Assembly: GCA_963716725.1 (NCBI GenBank)
Contig: CAVQUB010000006.1
Span: 183,027 to 247,026 of the forward strand
Length of the DNA stretch: 64,000 bases
Origin: an uncultured delta proteobacterium
GTDB lineage: Bacteria; Myxococcota_A; Polyangia; Polyangiales; Polyangiaceae
Direction: 5' to 3'
In this document: in pieces, positions 36,488 through 46,672 of the stretch
How the letters are laid out: the number at the start of each line of letters is the position of its first letter
How positions within the stretch are numbered: position 1 is the first letter of the stretch
The notes under the pieces: generated by a model
What the model saw: the letters and a program-made list of their open reading frames with translations, nothing else
The model's database searches: none
Told to the model about the DNA's origin: nothing
Program-made: the position numbers and the translations under genes

Positions 36488-38668
36488 ATGATCCCGTCCT
36501 CCCCGACCGAACCGGCGGGGGGTGCGACGAACGAAGCGTCGCCCCCGCTCGTCACCGAAGGTGACGTTACGTCACGCCAGGCGGCCCCCAAGCGCGGGCT
36601 CACGGTGATCCGCGACGACGGCGAGCGGGTCGAGCCCGCCGTCCGCGGTGAACGATTGCTGCGCCTGGGCAACCGCGCGTTCCAAGGCGTCGACTCCCTG
36701 CTCCGGCGCGGCCTGCCCGTCGAGCTGAATCCGATGGCGCAGACCGGCGCCATCGCCAACACGGCGCTGATCACCGCCATCGTCTCGGGCATCGTGCTGC
36801 TGCTCTGGTACTCGACCAGCGTGCACGACGCCTACGACTCCGTAGTCAGCATGGGACGCTCGCGCTTCGGCGCAGGCTTCGTGCGAAGCCTGCACCGATA
36901 CAGCTCTGACGCGGCGCTCCTGTTCGTGCTCATGCACGCCGTGAAGCTGTTCTTCGAGCGCCGCTTCGGCGGTGCGCGCTGGCTGGCCTGGGTCACGGGA
37001 CTGGCGCTGATCGGGCTCTTGTGGCTCGACGGCTGGCTCGGATACTGGCTGGTGTGGGACCAGCGGGGGCAGTTGGTCGCCCTCGGCTCAGGACGCTTGC
37101 TCGACGCGCTGCCGATCTTCGCCGACCCGCTGTCGCGCTCGTTCTTGGTCGACGACCGACTCAACTCGCTGCTGTTCTTCGTGGTCTTCTTCCTGCACAT
37201 GCTCTTGCCGCTCGCGATGGGCGTCGCGCTGTGGCTCCACATCACGCGCCTGTCACGCCCATGGTTTTTGACCAAGCGCGTGATGACCGTTTGGGTCGTG
37301 GCGTCGCTCACGCTGGTGAGCCTCGCCTTGCCCGCCGACGTCGCGGCGCCGGCGAAGATGGCCGAGCACCCCGAGACCTTCAGCATCGACTGGTGGTATC
37401 TGGCGCCGATTTGGCTCACCGACCGCCTCGGTGGCGGTGCGCTCTGGGCCATCGTGCTGGGCTCCGGCGCCGTCTTGTTCTCGATCCCTTGGCTCTTGGC
37501 CCGGGGCCGAGCTCGAGTCGCGACGGTCATCGAGGCGCGCTGCAACGCGTGCGAGAAGTGCTACCAGGACTGCCCCTACGACGCGATCCAGATGGTGCCC
37601 CGCACGGACGACCAGCCGCATCGGGCCACGGCCAGCGTCGATCCGAGCAAATGCGTCGGCTGCGGCATCTGCGCGGGCTCCTGCGACTCCGCTGGGATCG
37701 GCCTCACCTGGTTCGACAGCATCCGACAACGTCACCGCATCGACGAGCTCGTGGATCAGACGCTCGGCGCCGACCAAGGCCTGTGCCTGGCGTTGGTCTG
37801 CAACGAGTCGGCCGGCGGGCACCTGCATGTGGACGACGCGACGGCGCGGTCAGCCGAGCTCCCCGGCTACGCCGTCGTGCGCGTTCCCTGCGCGGGTTGG
37901 GTCCACCCGCTGACCGTCGAGCGGGCGCTCCGGCGCGGCGCGCGCGGCGTGCTCATCGTCGCCTCCGGCCCCGGAAGCTGCATGTACCGGGAGGGCAACC
38001 GCTGGACAGCCGAGCGCATGGCCGGCAAGCGCGAGCCAAGCTTCCGCGTCGACAAGGCCGATCGGAACCGGGTGCGCGTGCTCGAGCTGTACCGCAGCGA
38101 GGGCCAGCAGCTGATCGACGAGGCGCGGCGCTTTGCCCAGAGCGCCCCCACGAGCGACGTCGCAGCGCCGAGCTTTGGCCGTCGTCTGATCGTGGGTCTG
38201 GGCCTGGCGGCCCTCTTCGGCCTGGTCACCTACGCGGGCACCGCCGCGGCGTACCGGACTCCCGGCGATCCGTCGCCGACGCTCGTCGTCTCCTTCAAAC
38301 ATCCGGGCAAGGCCGGTGAGAACTGCCGCGAGGCCTCCAAGGAGGAGCTCGAGAAGCTGCCGCCGCACATGCGCCAAAAGCAGATCTGCGAGCGGCGCCG
38401 CGTCAGCGTGCGCTTGAGGGTCGAGGTCGACGGCAAGCAGCTCGTCCGGGGCGCCTACGAGCCGCGGGGGATTTGGGGCGATGGCAACAGCATCGCCATC
38501 GAGCGATTCTCGGTCCCGCCCGGCACCCACGACGTGACGATCGAGCTCGGCGACACCATGAACCCCAGCGAGTTCAACCACTCGACCACCCGCCGCATTG
38601 ACTTGAAGGAAAGGCGTAACACCGTCGTTCTCTTCGACAAGATGGCGGGCTTCGCGTGGTACGAGTGA
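36488..38668 (+). CDS. Cytochrome b + 2x[4Fe-4S] ferredoxin + MvhD/FlpD-like domain fusion
   Basis: RSLHRY, LMHA, FLHM, WLHI; CNACEKCYQDCP, CVGCGICAGSC; VPCAGWVHP...GPGSCMYREGN. Confidence 0.85.
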   Translation: MIPSSPTEPAGGATNEASPPLVTEGDVTSRQAAPKRGLTVIRDDGERVEPAVRGERLLRLGNRAFQGVDSLLRRGLPVELNPMAQTGAIANTALITAIVSGIVLLLWYSTSVHDAYDSVVSMGRSRFGAGFVRSLHRYSSDAALLFVLMHAVKLFFERRFGGARWLAWVTGLALIGLLWLDGWLGYWLVWDQRGQLVALGSGRLLDALPIFADPLSRSFLVDDRLNSLLFFVVFFLHMLLPLAMGVALWLHITRLSRPWFLTKRVMTVWVVASLTLVSLALPADVAAPAKMAEHPETFSIDWWYLAPIWLTDRLGGGALWAIVLGSGAVLFSIPWLLARGRARVATVIEARCNACEKCYQDCPYDAIQMVPRTDDQPHRATASVDPSKCVGCGICAGSCDSAGIGLTWFDSIRQRHRIDELVDQTLGADQGLCLALVCNESAGGHLHVDDATARSAELPGYAVVRVPCAGWVHPLTVERALRRGARGVLIVASGPGSCMYREGNRWTAERMAGKREPSFRVDKADRNRVRVLELYRSEGQQLIDEARRFAQSAPTSDVAAPSFGRRLIVGLGLAALFGLVTYAGTAAAYRTPGDPSPTLVVSFKHPGKAGENCREASKEELEKLPPHMRQKQICERRRVSVRLRVEVDGKQLVRGAYEPRGIWGDGNSIAIERFSVPPGTHDVTIELGDTMNPSEFNHSTTRRIDLKERRNTVVLFDKMAGFAWYE

Positions 38669-38676
38669 CGGCCCCC

Positions 38677-40017
38677 ATGAGCGACGAGACGCCCTTTCGC
38701 ACCATCATCGAGCCTTTTCGTATCAAGGCGGTGGAGCCCATCCCACACACGACGCGTTCCCAGCGGGACGCCTTGCTCGAGCGGGCCGGCTACAATCTGT
38801 TCAAGCTTCGCGCCGAGCACGTGACCATCGACCTGCTCACGGACTCTGGGACCGGCGCCATGAGCGATCGGCAATGGGCGGCCCTGCTGGCCGGCGACGA
38901 GTCCTACGCGGGCAGCCGCAGCTACGATCGCTTCGAGACGACGGTGAAGCGGCTCACGGGATTCGAGCACGTCTTCCCCACGCACCAGGGGCGGGCCGCC
39001 GAACGCATCTTGTTCGAGGCCGTGGTGAAGCCCGGCGACGTGGTCCCGAACAACACCCACTTCGACACCACGCGCGCCAATCTCGAGCACGTCGGCGGCG
39101 TAGCGCTGGACATGCCCAAGAGCAGCGATGCCCGCTTCGGCGGCAACATCGATCTCGATCGCCTGGCGCAGGTGCTCGAAGGACCGGAGCACGTGCCGCT
39201 GGTGATGATGACGCTGACCAACAACGCCGTCGGCGGACAGCCCGTCTCACTCGAGAACATGCGCGCGGTCCGGGCGCTCTGCGATCGGCACCAGGTTCCG
39301 CTGATTGTCGACGCCGCCCGCTTCGCGGAGAACGCCTGGCTGATCAAGCGCCGCGAGCCGGGGTACCAAGACCACACCCCGGAGCAGATCGCCCAAGAGC
39401 TCTTCGCGCTGGCTGACGGCTGCACGCTCAGCGCCAAGAAGGACGGCATCGTCAACATCGGCGGTGTGCTCGCCACACGAAGCGCAGATTGGGCACGCAA
39501 GTTCGAGGTGCTCCTGATCCTGAGCGAAGGCTTCCCCACCTACGGCGGACTCGCGGGACGCGATCTGGAAGCGATGGCCGTGGGCCTGATCGAGGCGCTC
39601 GATCCCGAGTACCTGCGCTACCGTGAGGCGACGGTGGCTTATCTGGCGCGCGGGCTCGAAAGAGCCGGGCTGCCCATCGTCGATCCTCCCGGCGGCCACG
39701 CGGTCTTCATCGACGCTGGCCGCGCGCTGCCGAATTTGGACCGCTCGGCGCTCCCCGCCCAAGCCATCGCCATCGAGCTCTATCGCGAGGGCGGCGTGCG
39801 TACGGTCGAGGTCGGCACCCTGATGTTCGGCGCCGCGGCCCAGCACGAGCTGGTGCGGGTCGCGCTTCCGCGACGCGTGTACACCGCATCCCATGTGGAC
39901 TGGGTGATCGAGACCGCCGAACGCGTCGCCGCACGCCTGGGCGAGCTCCGCGGCTATCGAATCGTCGAGGAGCCGCCGCTCCTCCGGCACTTCAGCGCGA
40001 AACTGCACCCGCTTTGA
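38677..40017 (+). CDS. tnaA: Tryptophanase (PLP beta-eliminating lyase)
   Basis: EPFRIKAVE, IDLLTDSGT, THQGRAAE, SAKKD, LRHF (His rather than the Phe seen in tyrosine phenol-lyase). Confidence 0.88.
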   Translation: MSDETPFRTIIEPFRIKAVEPIPHTTRSQRDALLERAGYNLFKLRAEHVTIDLLTDSGTGAMSDRQWAALLAGDESYAGSRSYDRFETTVKRLTGFEHVFPTHQGRAAERILFEAVVKPGDVVPNNTHFDTTRANLEHVGGVALDMPKSSDARFGGNIDLDRLAQVLEGPEHVPLVMMTLTNNAVGGQPVSLENMRAVRALCDRHQVPLIVDAARFAENAWLIKRREPGYQDHTPEQIAQELFALADGCTLSAKKDGIVNIGGVLATRSADWARKFEVLLILSEGFPTYGGLAGRDLEAMAVGLIEALDPEYLRYREATVAYLARGLERAGLPIVDPPGGHAVFIDAGRALPNLDRSALPAQAIAIELYREGGVRTVEVGTLMFGAAAQHELVRVALPRRVYTASHVDWVIETAERVAARLGELRGYRIVEEPPLLRHFSAKLHPL

Positions 40018-40564
40018 GCGCCTCGCGGGGCCCCAGCAGATCTTCCAAGAAGTACGCCGACAGCCCGGCGCGGCCGGGCAGTCCGGCCTTCTTGTAGAGC
40101 GATTGCGCTTGCTGTCGCGCGGTGCGTTCGCTCACGCCTCGAAGATCGGCGATCTCGTGATGGCTCAGGCCCTTGAGCAACAAGAGGCCGATCTCGCGCT
40201 CCGCGGGCGACAGACCCCAGCGATCGAACTCACCGTCGATCGAGGCTGCGAGTCCGTCGAGCAAGTCCTTGGCCTCGGTTTTCCAGCGCTCCGCCTCGAC
40301 GCGATGAGCCTCGGACTCGCCGCGCAGCGCCTTCGCCTCGGCCCGCGCCTCGTCGGCCTCGCTCCGAAGCGCCAACCAGCGGCGTGCAAACAGCCCCCCC
40401 CCGGCGACGGCCATGCCCACGACCGCAACCTCGAGCACGAGGTGCGACAGGCTCGCACCATGCAGGTAATCCGCGAGCAGGTCCGAGCCGATGCTGATCC
40501 CGATCACTACGAACAAGACAGCACCCCAGAGCGTGCGGCGGGCTTCTCTTCGATCGTCGGCCAT
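39992..40564 (-). CDS. Membrane-anchored LuxR-family regulator
   Basis: Two TM helices, coiled coil, WGLSPAEREIGLLLLKGLSHHEIA...SERTARQQ. Confidence 0.88.
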   Translation of the reverse strand: MADDRREARRTLWGAVLFVVIGISIGSDLLADYLHGASLSHLVLEVAVVGMAVAGGGLFARRWLALRSEADEARAEAKALRGESEAHRVEAERWKTEAKDLLDGLAASIDGEFDRWGLSPAEREIGLLLLKGLSHHEIADLRGVSERTARQQAQSLYKKAGLPGRAGLSAYFLEDLLGPREALKAGAVSR

Positions 40565-40660
40565 CGGTCCGTGCAGAGTAGTCGAGGCTTTTGCCGGGTG
40601 CTTCGAGCGAGATCGCCCGTTCCGAGGGTGCGAAGCAGACCTACATGCAGCATGCAGCAC

Positions 40661-40693
40661 CGCCTGACATCGCTCAAGTCGACATGTCAGGCG
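40661..40693. promoter_or_regulatory. Perfect 10-bp inverted repeat (putative operator) between divergent genes
   Basis: CGCCTGACAT-N13-ATGTCAGGCG. Confidence 0.55.
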
Positions 40694-40731
40694 TCATGGC
40701 AAACAGCACCCGCGTCGCGGACAATCTCCCC

Positions 40732-43700
40732 ATGTCCGTAGTCCGACCGGTGTTCGTGGTTGGGGTCGTGGTGGCGAGCGTGCTGGCGGCGGCGGCGCCG
40801 GGCTGTTCGCAGCGCGACGTCGAGTCCGAGAGCACGTATTTCGACCGCAAGATCGCCCCGGTCTTGGCAGGGTCCTGCGCCCGGAGCCCGACGGGATCCC
40901 TGTGTCACGTCACCGCCGACGAGCGCGGCAACGCGCTGGGCAACCTGGACGTCACCAGCTACGACGTCCTGGCGAAGCGTCGCGACCTGTTCGCCAAGTA
41001 CGGCCCCTACGGCATGCCTGCCCTGCTGCTGAAGGCCGTTCCGCCCCTGACCCTGCAGCTCACCGCCTACGACGGGAGCACCGAGACCATTCACACGGCG
41101 ATTCCCCACACGGGCAACTCGATCCTCGACCCGAGCGCCGCGAGCTTTCAAACGCTGACTCGCTGGCTCGACCGGGGCGCCAACGAGAACAACTCGAAGA
41201 CCGAGCAGAAGAAGATCGAGAAGGAGGAGTGCGTCGAACGCATCGGCTCCGATCCCATGTTCGACTCGACCAAAGATCCGAGCACCCCGGACTACCAGCT
41301 CTTCGCTGACAACGTGAATGGCTGGCTGGTCGCCAACTGCGCCGGCGCCAACTGCCATGGCGCGCCGGAGGGCTCCTTCCCGCTGTCGTGCGGGAAGACC
41401 CCTGAGCAGCGGCGCTGGAACTACTTCTCCGCGAGCGACTACGTGGCGAAGAACCCGCAGTTCAGCGAGATCCTTCAGCGGCCGATGAGCCCCGCTTACG
41501 GCGGCACCTACCACGAAGGCGGCGCGTTCTTCAAATCGCCGGAAGACGGGCAATACAAGAAGGTGTTCGAGTGGGCGGTGGCCCACGGAGGAGCCACCAA
41601 CGTCCCGACGGATGCCGGCTTCGACATGTTCGCCAAGCGCGTGCAGCCGATGTTGGTCAAGCGAGGCTGCATCATCGTGGGTTGCCACTCGGCTCCCGTG
41701 TTCAATGGTTACAAGCCACGCGCGTCGAGCGGGACCCACTTTGGGATTTCCGCGACCCGCGACAACTACCGCCAGACCTTGAAGCAGGTCTCCCTGGAAT
41801 CCCCCGATCCGAACGCGGGCCGGCTGATCCGTAAGAATCTCGAGCCCTCGCGGGGCATTCGACACCGCGGCGGCCCGCTCTTCGCCCTCAACGGGGATCC
41901 TACCAAGTGCGACCTGACCGCGGCTGAAACTGGCCCCCTCGACGATCAAGATCCCTATTGCGTCGTCGTGGCCTGGATCGCCAAGGAGCGCGCGGAACGC
42001 ATGAAGAACGTCGTGCCGCTGTCCGGCATCGTCTACGTGAAACGCCCCCCGGCGAACCACCCCGAAACACTACAAGGTTTCGAGAGCTACTCGCCCGGCG
42101 CAGATCTGCGCTTCATCGGGGCTTCCCTCGACGCGCAAGGCAAGATCTCGACATCCGGCGGCGACGTGAGCTTGCTCGGGGGCTGCGGACTGAGCCCTGC
42201 CACGGCCGACGTGCGTCGACCTCAGATGTCCTGGGATGGCAAGACCGTGGCCTTCGCCGCGCGCACCTCGGCGACGACGCCGCTGCGGGTCTACACCTCG
42301 GCACCCGACGGCTCGGGATGCGCCGTGGAACCCACCGTCGACGCGGCTCCGACGGATGAATCCGGCGGCGCGGTCCCGACCAACGGCGAGCTGGTCCACA
42401 ACTTCGATCCGGCTTTCGCGCCCGACGGCACCCTGGTCTTCGCCTCGACCCGCGGCAACACCCGCAAAGGAGCGGACTTCAAAGGCCCGCTGCGCTCGGC
42501 GGCGGATCCTTCGCGGCTCAACAGCAACATCTACGTGCTCGATAAAGGCAAGATCCGCCAGCTCACCTTCTTGCTCAACTACGAGGGGCAGCCGAGCTTC
42601 GAGCTCAACGGTCAGATGCTGCTCACCGCCGAGAAGCGCGCGCCGGGCTTCTACCAGCTCGCGTCCCGACGCATCAACTTGGACGGCGGCGACTACCACC
42701 CGAACTTCGGCCAGCGCTCCAGCATGGGCTACACGCAGTTCAGTGATTGCATCCAGTTGACCGACGGCAACTTCGTCGGGATCGCCAGCGATCGCGGAGC
42801 GGCGCACCAGGGCGGCACGCTGGTCACGGTCAATCGCTCCATCGGGCCAGACAACGTGAGCGACAACCCGGCGGACTACCTCGAGGATCCAGACGCGGCC
42901 GACTTCGCGAAGACCGCGTTCTTCCAGCGTTCGCTCAAGATCCTCGACCCGGCCGCGACCGGGCGCGTCGGTCAAGCGACCCAGGGCGCGTATCGCAACC
43001 CCTCCGTGCTGCCCAACAGCGACATCTTGGTCAGCTACGCCGCCAATGTGGTCGACACCGGGAACTTCAGCGGCAACTTCGACGTGGTCGCCGTGGACTC
43101 CATCACCGGACAGCGAACTTCATTGGCGGGTCTCGGCGATCCGGCCGCGGACGAACTCTGGGCCGTGGCCGTGTTCGGACGAGTGAGCAAGCAGGTGTTC
43201 CGCTCCTCGCCCGCCGATCCCACGGGCAGCGCGGTGATCTACGCCGACGATCCGGAACGCAACGACCGCGCGCAGCTCACCTATCTCGACTTCCCGATGA
43301 TCACCAGCCTCGCGTTCCAGAACACCCGCTCTCGGCGCTTCTTGCACTCGATGACGAGCTTCGAGCTGTGGGAGAGCCTGCCGCCTCAGGGTGAGAAGAG
43401 CCTCGACGACGCGAGCCCGTACATCATCGATGACGGGGTGTACGGCAAGCTCTACGCGCGCCGCCGCCTCCGGGGCAAAGTCCCGCTGAAGGACGACGGC
43501 TCCACGCGCCTCCAGATCCCGGGCGGCATCCCCGTGGTCCTGGGCGTCGAGTCGCAGCTCCAAGGCGAGTCGGACTCGAGCATGCACCACCAAAAAGAAG
43601 AGGTGCAGTACTACCCCGGCGAGTGGGTCACGCTCTCGTTCCGACGCGAGCTGTTCAACAACTTCTGCGGCGGTTGCCACGGAGCGACCACGGGCAAGGA

Positions 43701-43824
43701 GCACGACGTGGCGGTCAAGCCCGACCTCTTGAGCCAGGCGTCGAAAGCCCAAGCCAAGAACGCCACCCCGTTGGATCTGGTCAGCAAGTCCCCCGGCGAC
43801 GCCAAAGCTCCTCCCTTCCCCTGA
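40732..43824 (+). CDS. Large heme-c lipoprotein with beta-propeller (PD40) repeats and hydrazine-synthase-alpha-like region
   Basis: Lipobox APGC; CAGANCH, CIIVGCH, CGGCH; PQMSWDGKTVAF, DPAFAPDGTLVFASTR, RINLDG, YRNPSVLP. Confidence 0.75.
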   Translation: MSVVRPVFVVGVVVASVLAAAAPGCSQRDVESESTYFDRKIAPVLAGSCARSPTGSLCHVTADERGNALGNLDVTSYDVLAKRRDLFAKYGPYGMPALLLKAVPPLTLQLTAYDGSTETIHTAIPHTGNSILDPSAASFQTLTRWLDRGANENNSKTEQKKIEKEECVERIGSDPMFDSTKDPSTPDYQLFADNVNGWLVANCAGANCHGAPEGSFPLSCGKTPEQRRWNYFSASDYVAKNPQFSEILQRPMSPAYGGTYHEGGAFFKSPEDGQYKKVFEWAVAHGGATNVPTDAGFDMFAKRVQPMLVKRGCIIVGCHSAPVFNGYKPRASSGTHFGISATRDNYRQTLKQVSLESPDPNAGRLIRKNLEPSRGIRHRGGPLFALNGDPTKCDLTAAETGPLDDQDPYCVVVAWIAKERAERMKNVVPLSGIVYVKRPPANHPETLQGFESYSPGADLRFIGASLDAQGKISTSGGDVSLLGGCGLSPATADVRRPQMSWDGKTVAFAARTSATTPLRVYTSAPDGSGCAVEPTVDAAPTDESGGAVPTNGELVHNFDPAFAPDGTLVFASTRGNTRKGADFKGPLRSAADPSRLNSNIYVLDKGKIRQLTFLLNYEGQPSFELNGQMLLTAEKRAPGFYQLASRRINLDGGDYHPNFGQRSSMGYTQFSDCIQLTDGNFVGIASDRGAAHQGGTLVTVNRSIGPDNVSDNPADYLEDPDAADFAKTAFFQRSLKILDPAATGRVGQATQGAYRNPSVLPNSDILVSYAANVVDTGNFSGNFDVVAVDSITGQRTSLAGLGDPAADELWAVAVFGRVSKQVFRSSPADPTGSAVIYADDPERNDRAQLTYLDFPMITSLAFQNTRSRRFLHSMTSFELWESLPPQGEKSLDDASPYIIDDGVYGKLYARRRLRGKVPLKDDGSTRLQIPGGIPVVLGVESQLQGESDSSMHHQKEEVQYYPGEWVTLSFRRELFNNFCGGCHGATTGKEHDVAVKPDLLSQASKAQAKNATPLDLVSKSPGDAKAPPFP

Positions 43825-43875
43825 TCCCGAACCGGCGCTCCCGGCGAGTCACGAGGCGTGGTACGGGTGCGGAAC

Positions 43876-44316
43876 ATGCACCCGGCCTGCCGCCACCTCG
43901 AGGAAGACCACGCCCGCATCGACCAGCTGTCGGTGGAGCTCGACGGCGCGCTCAGCGCCGACCGCGCGACAATCCAGGAGATCTGGACGCGGCTCGAACG
44001 CGCGCTGCTCGCGCACTTCGACGCGGAAGAGCGCTGGCTGTTCCCGCTCTTCAGCGCCGATCACCCCGAGGAGATCCTCGCGCTCCAACAGCAGCACGCC
44101 CGCCTGCGTCGCCTGGTGAGCGAAGCGGGCGTGGCCGCGGATCTTCGGACCCTCCGGAGCGACCAGACACTGGAGCTCCTGTCGGAGCTGCGGGCTCACG
44201 CGAAGCGCGAGGACGACAGCATCTACGGCTGGCTCGAGCAGCTCCCGGAGCCGAGCAAGCTCGAGGAGCTGATCGAGGCTCTCGTCCGCCGCGCCGGCGG
44301 CGTCGTATTGGGGTGA
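43876..44316 (+). CDS. Hemerythrin-domain protein
   Basis: DH...HFDAEE...QH...HAKRED. Confidence 0.85.
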   Translation: MHPACRHLEEDHARIDQLSVELDGALSADRATIQEIWTRLERALLAHFDAEERWLFPLFSADHPEEILALQQQHARLRRLVSEAGVAADLRTLRSDQTLELLSELRAHAKREDDSIYGWLEQLPEPSKLEELIEALVRRAGGVVLG

Positions 44317-44329
44317 GAAAGGAGGAGGC

Positions 44330-45358
44330 ATGAGCGAGCTCAGACTGACACGCTTGGTCCAAGGCGGCGGTTGAGCCCGGAAGCTTCCGGCTGAGGATCT
44401 GGTCCAGGTCCTGAAACACCTCCCGACCTTGTCTCATCGTTGGGTGAGCACCGACACCGGTCCCCTCGACGACGCGGCGATCGTGTCTCCCGAGCAGGGT
44501 GCGGGTTCGCTCGTGCTGACGCTGGACGTGATCACGGCCGTGGTCGACGACCCGCGAGCCTTCGGTCAGATCGCGGCGGCGAACGCCCTGTCGGACGTGT
44601 ATGCGATGGGCGGCGAACCCCAGGTTGCGCTGAGCTTCGTGGGCATCCCCGACGCGGTTGCCCTCGACGTACTCGAGCTTGTCCTGCTCGGCGTGACCGA
44701 GAAGTGCCACGAAGCCGGCTGCGCCATCGTGGGCGGTCACACCATTCGCGACGCTGAGCCGAAAGCGGGGCTCGCGGTCGTAGGTTCGGTGGATCCCGCG
44801 CGGGCGTGGACCCACAAGCGGGCCCTCGCCGGTCAGAGCCTGCTCCTGACCAAAGCGCTCGGCACCGGGGTCATCGCCCAGGCCGCACGCTCGGATCAAG
44901 CCAGCGCCGAGAGCATCGCGCTGGCGACGAGCAGCATGGCGCGGCTCAATCGATCCGGAAAACGCGCCGGGGTCGCCCACGGCGCCACGGCGGCCACCGA
45001 CGTCACGGGCTTCGGCTTGCTCGCGCACCTGCATCACATCGTGGCGGCCAGCGGGCTCGAGGCGCGGCTCGACGTCGCCAGCATCCCGCTGCTCGAGGGC
45101 GCCCTGGCCGCCGCACGCGCCGGGCACGTGCCAGGCGGCAGCAAGAAGAACCTCCGCTACGTCGACAGCCACCTGGTCGGCGCTGATCGATTGTCGGCTG
45201 AGCTTCTGACCGTGCTCGCTGACGCCCAGACCAGCGGCGGGCTGCTCCTGTGTCTGCCCGCCGATCGCGCCGCGTCGGCCGCCGCGGAGATCGGTGACGG
45301 CGCGTGTGTGATCGGCGAGCTGGTCTCGGGGCCGGCGGGCCGCGTGACCTTGATCTGA
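44330..45358 (+). CDS. selD: Selenophosphate synthetase, selenoprotein (UGA-Sec at codon 15)
   Basis: RBS GGAGG; MSELRLTRLVQGGG-TGA-ARKL; DDAA, AANALSDVYAMGG, GGHT, TDVTGFGL, DAQTSGGLL. Confidence 0.93.
44394..44412 (+). promoter_or_regulatory. Putative bacterial SECIS hairpin
   Basis: AGGATCTG-GTC-CAGGTCCT; G-containing apical loop about 27 nt after the UGA. Confidence 0.65.
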
Positions 45359-45365
45359 GAACGGG

Positions 45366-45941
45366 CTACCCAACGTGCATGTCGTCGACGGTCCGGCGAA
45401 GATCTTCCAGCAGGGCGTGCTCCCAGTTCGTGCCTAGACTCGCGACCACACCGCGGTAGTACCAGAGGCACTCTTCTCGGGTCGGCGTGAACCGCTCCCA
45501 AATCCGATCTCCAATGACTCGGCGGTCCCGCACGATGGCGGAGGCGTTGTGCAGCTTGTCGGCGGCGCAGATCAACTTCAGCTCCGCCGGCTCCGCGGCG
45601 AGGCGCGTGACATAGGCGAGCTTGCGCTCCTTCCAGGGCGGACGAGGCTGCCCCGTCGAGTCACTCAGCCCTTCGACCAGCCGCGCGACGCGGTCGCCGA
45701 AACGTCGGGCGAGCTCGTCGCGCTGAGCGCCCCGGATGTCCTCGAGGTAGTCGTGGCAGAGGGCTGCGACGATCTGCTCTTCGTCCCCCCCGTGCTCCGC
45801 CACCGTCGCGGCAACCTGAAGCAGGTGCGACAGGTAGGGCGCGCCGGAGCCTTTACGGATGTGGTGTCGGAACGCCGCCGCGACGAAGGCCAGGGCCTCG
45901 TCCATGCGTTCGGAGTACTGGGCTTCGACCCGTCGGCTCAC
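45366..45941 (-). CDS. HD-domain protein, small alarmone hydrolase (Mesh1/SAH-like)
   Basis: RKGSGAPYLSH, ALCHDYLED, ADKLHN. Confidence 0.85.
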   Translation of the reverse strand: MSRRVEAQYSERMDEALAFVAAAFRHHIRKGSGAPYLSHLLQVAATVAEHGGDEEQIVAALCHDYLEDIRGAQRDELARRFGDRVARLVEGLSDSTGQPRPPWKERKLAYVTRLAAEPAELKLICAADKLHNASAIVRDRRVIGDRIWERFTPTREECLWYYRGVVASLGTNWEHALLEDLRRTVDDMHVG

Positions 45942-46062
45942 CCCGAAACTGTACGCCCCGGGACGCCGTTTTCCAGCCACACCGAAGCGGTTCTGAGGTA
46001 TTCTCGTGACACTGCAACTCAGCCGGCAGGCCCGCCGGCCTGCCGCCAGCCAGGAGGCCGCC

Positions 46063-46671
46063 GTGCCGATCGAGCTCCCCGCCGTGCGAATCCTGATCGT
46101 CGACGATGACCGCGCCATCTGCGACTACATGCAGACGTTGCTCGAGAAGGACGGCTTCGCCGTCAAGGCCCTGAGCGATCCGACCCTCGTCGAAGACGAG
46201 GTCCGGCAGGGCAGCTATCACGTCGTGATCCTCGATCTGATGATGCCCAAGCTGGACGGCATCGAGGTGCTCAAGCGGATCCGCGAGCACGACACCGACG
46301 TCGCCGTGGTGGTGTTCACCGCGCACCCCAACCTCGACTCGGCCGTCGCAGCGATGAAGCTCGACGCCGTCGACTACATCAAGAAGCCGTTCAACGTCGA
46401 CGAGTTCCGCGAGGTCCTGGCGCGGGTCATGCGCAAGAAGGGGCTCGCGCGCACACCCGAAGAGCAACTGCACAAGATCATCGGTGACACCATTCGCAAC
46501 CAGCGGAAGAGCAAAGAACTGACGCTGAAGCAAATGAGCCGTCGAACCGGGCTCAGCATTTCTCTCTTGTCTCAGATCGAGCGTGCCGAGAGCAGCCCGT
46601 CGATCTCGAGCCTGTACAAGATTGCCATCGCGCTAGACACCAAGATCCAGGACTTGTTCGGCGACAACTGA
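46063..46671 (+). CDS. Response regulator (REC + XRE HTH)
   Basis: ILIVDDD, LDLMMP, YIKKPF, LTLKQMSRRTGLSISLLSQIER. Confidence 0.9.
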   Translation: MPIELPAVRILIVDDDRAICDYMQTLLEKDGFAVKALSDPTLVEDEVRQGSYHVVILDLMMPKLDGIEVLKRIREHDTDVAVVVFTAHPNLDSAVAAMKLDAVDYIKKPFNVDEFREVLARVMRKKGLARTPEEQLHKIIGDTIRNQRKSKELTLKQMSRRTGLSISLLSQIERAESSPSISSLYKIAIALDTKIQDLFGDN

Positions 46672-46672
46672 A

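Noticed and set aside
40732..43824. Evidence of anammox metabolism
   Set aside because: No hzsB/hzsC or hao-like genes; the taxonomic context is myxobacterial
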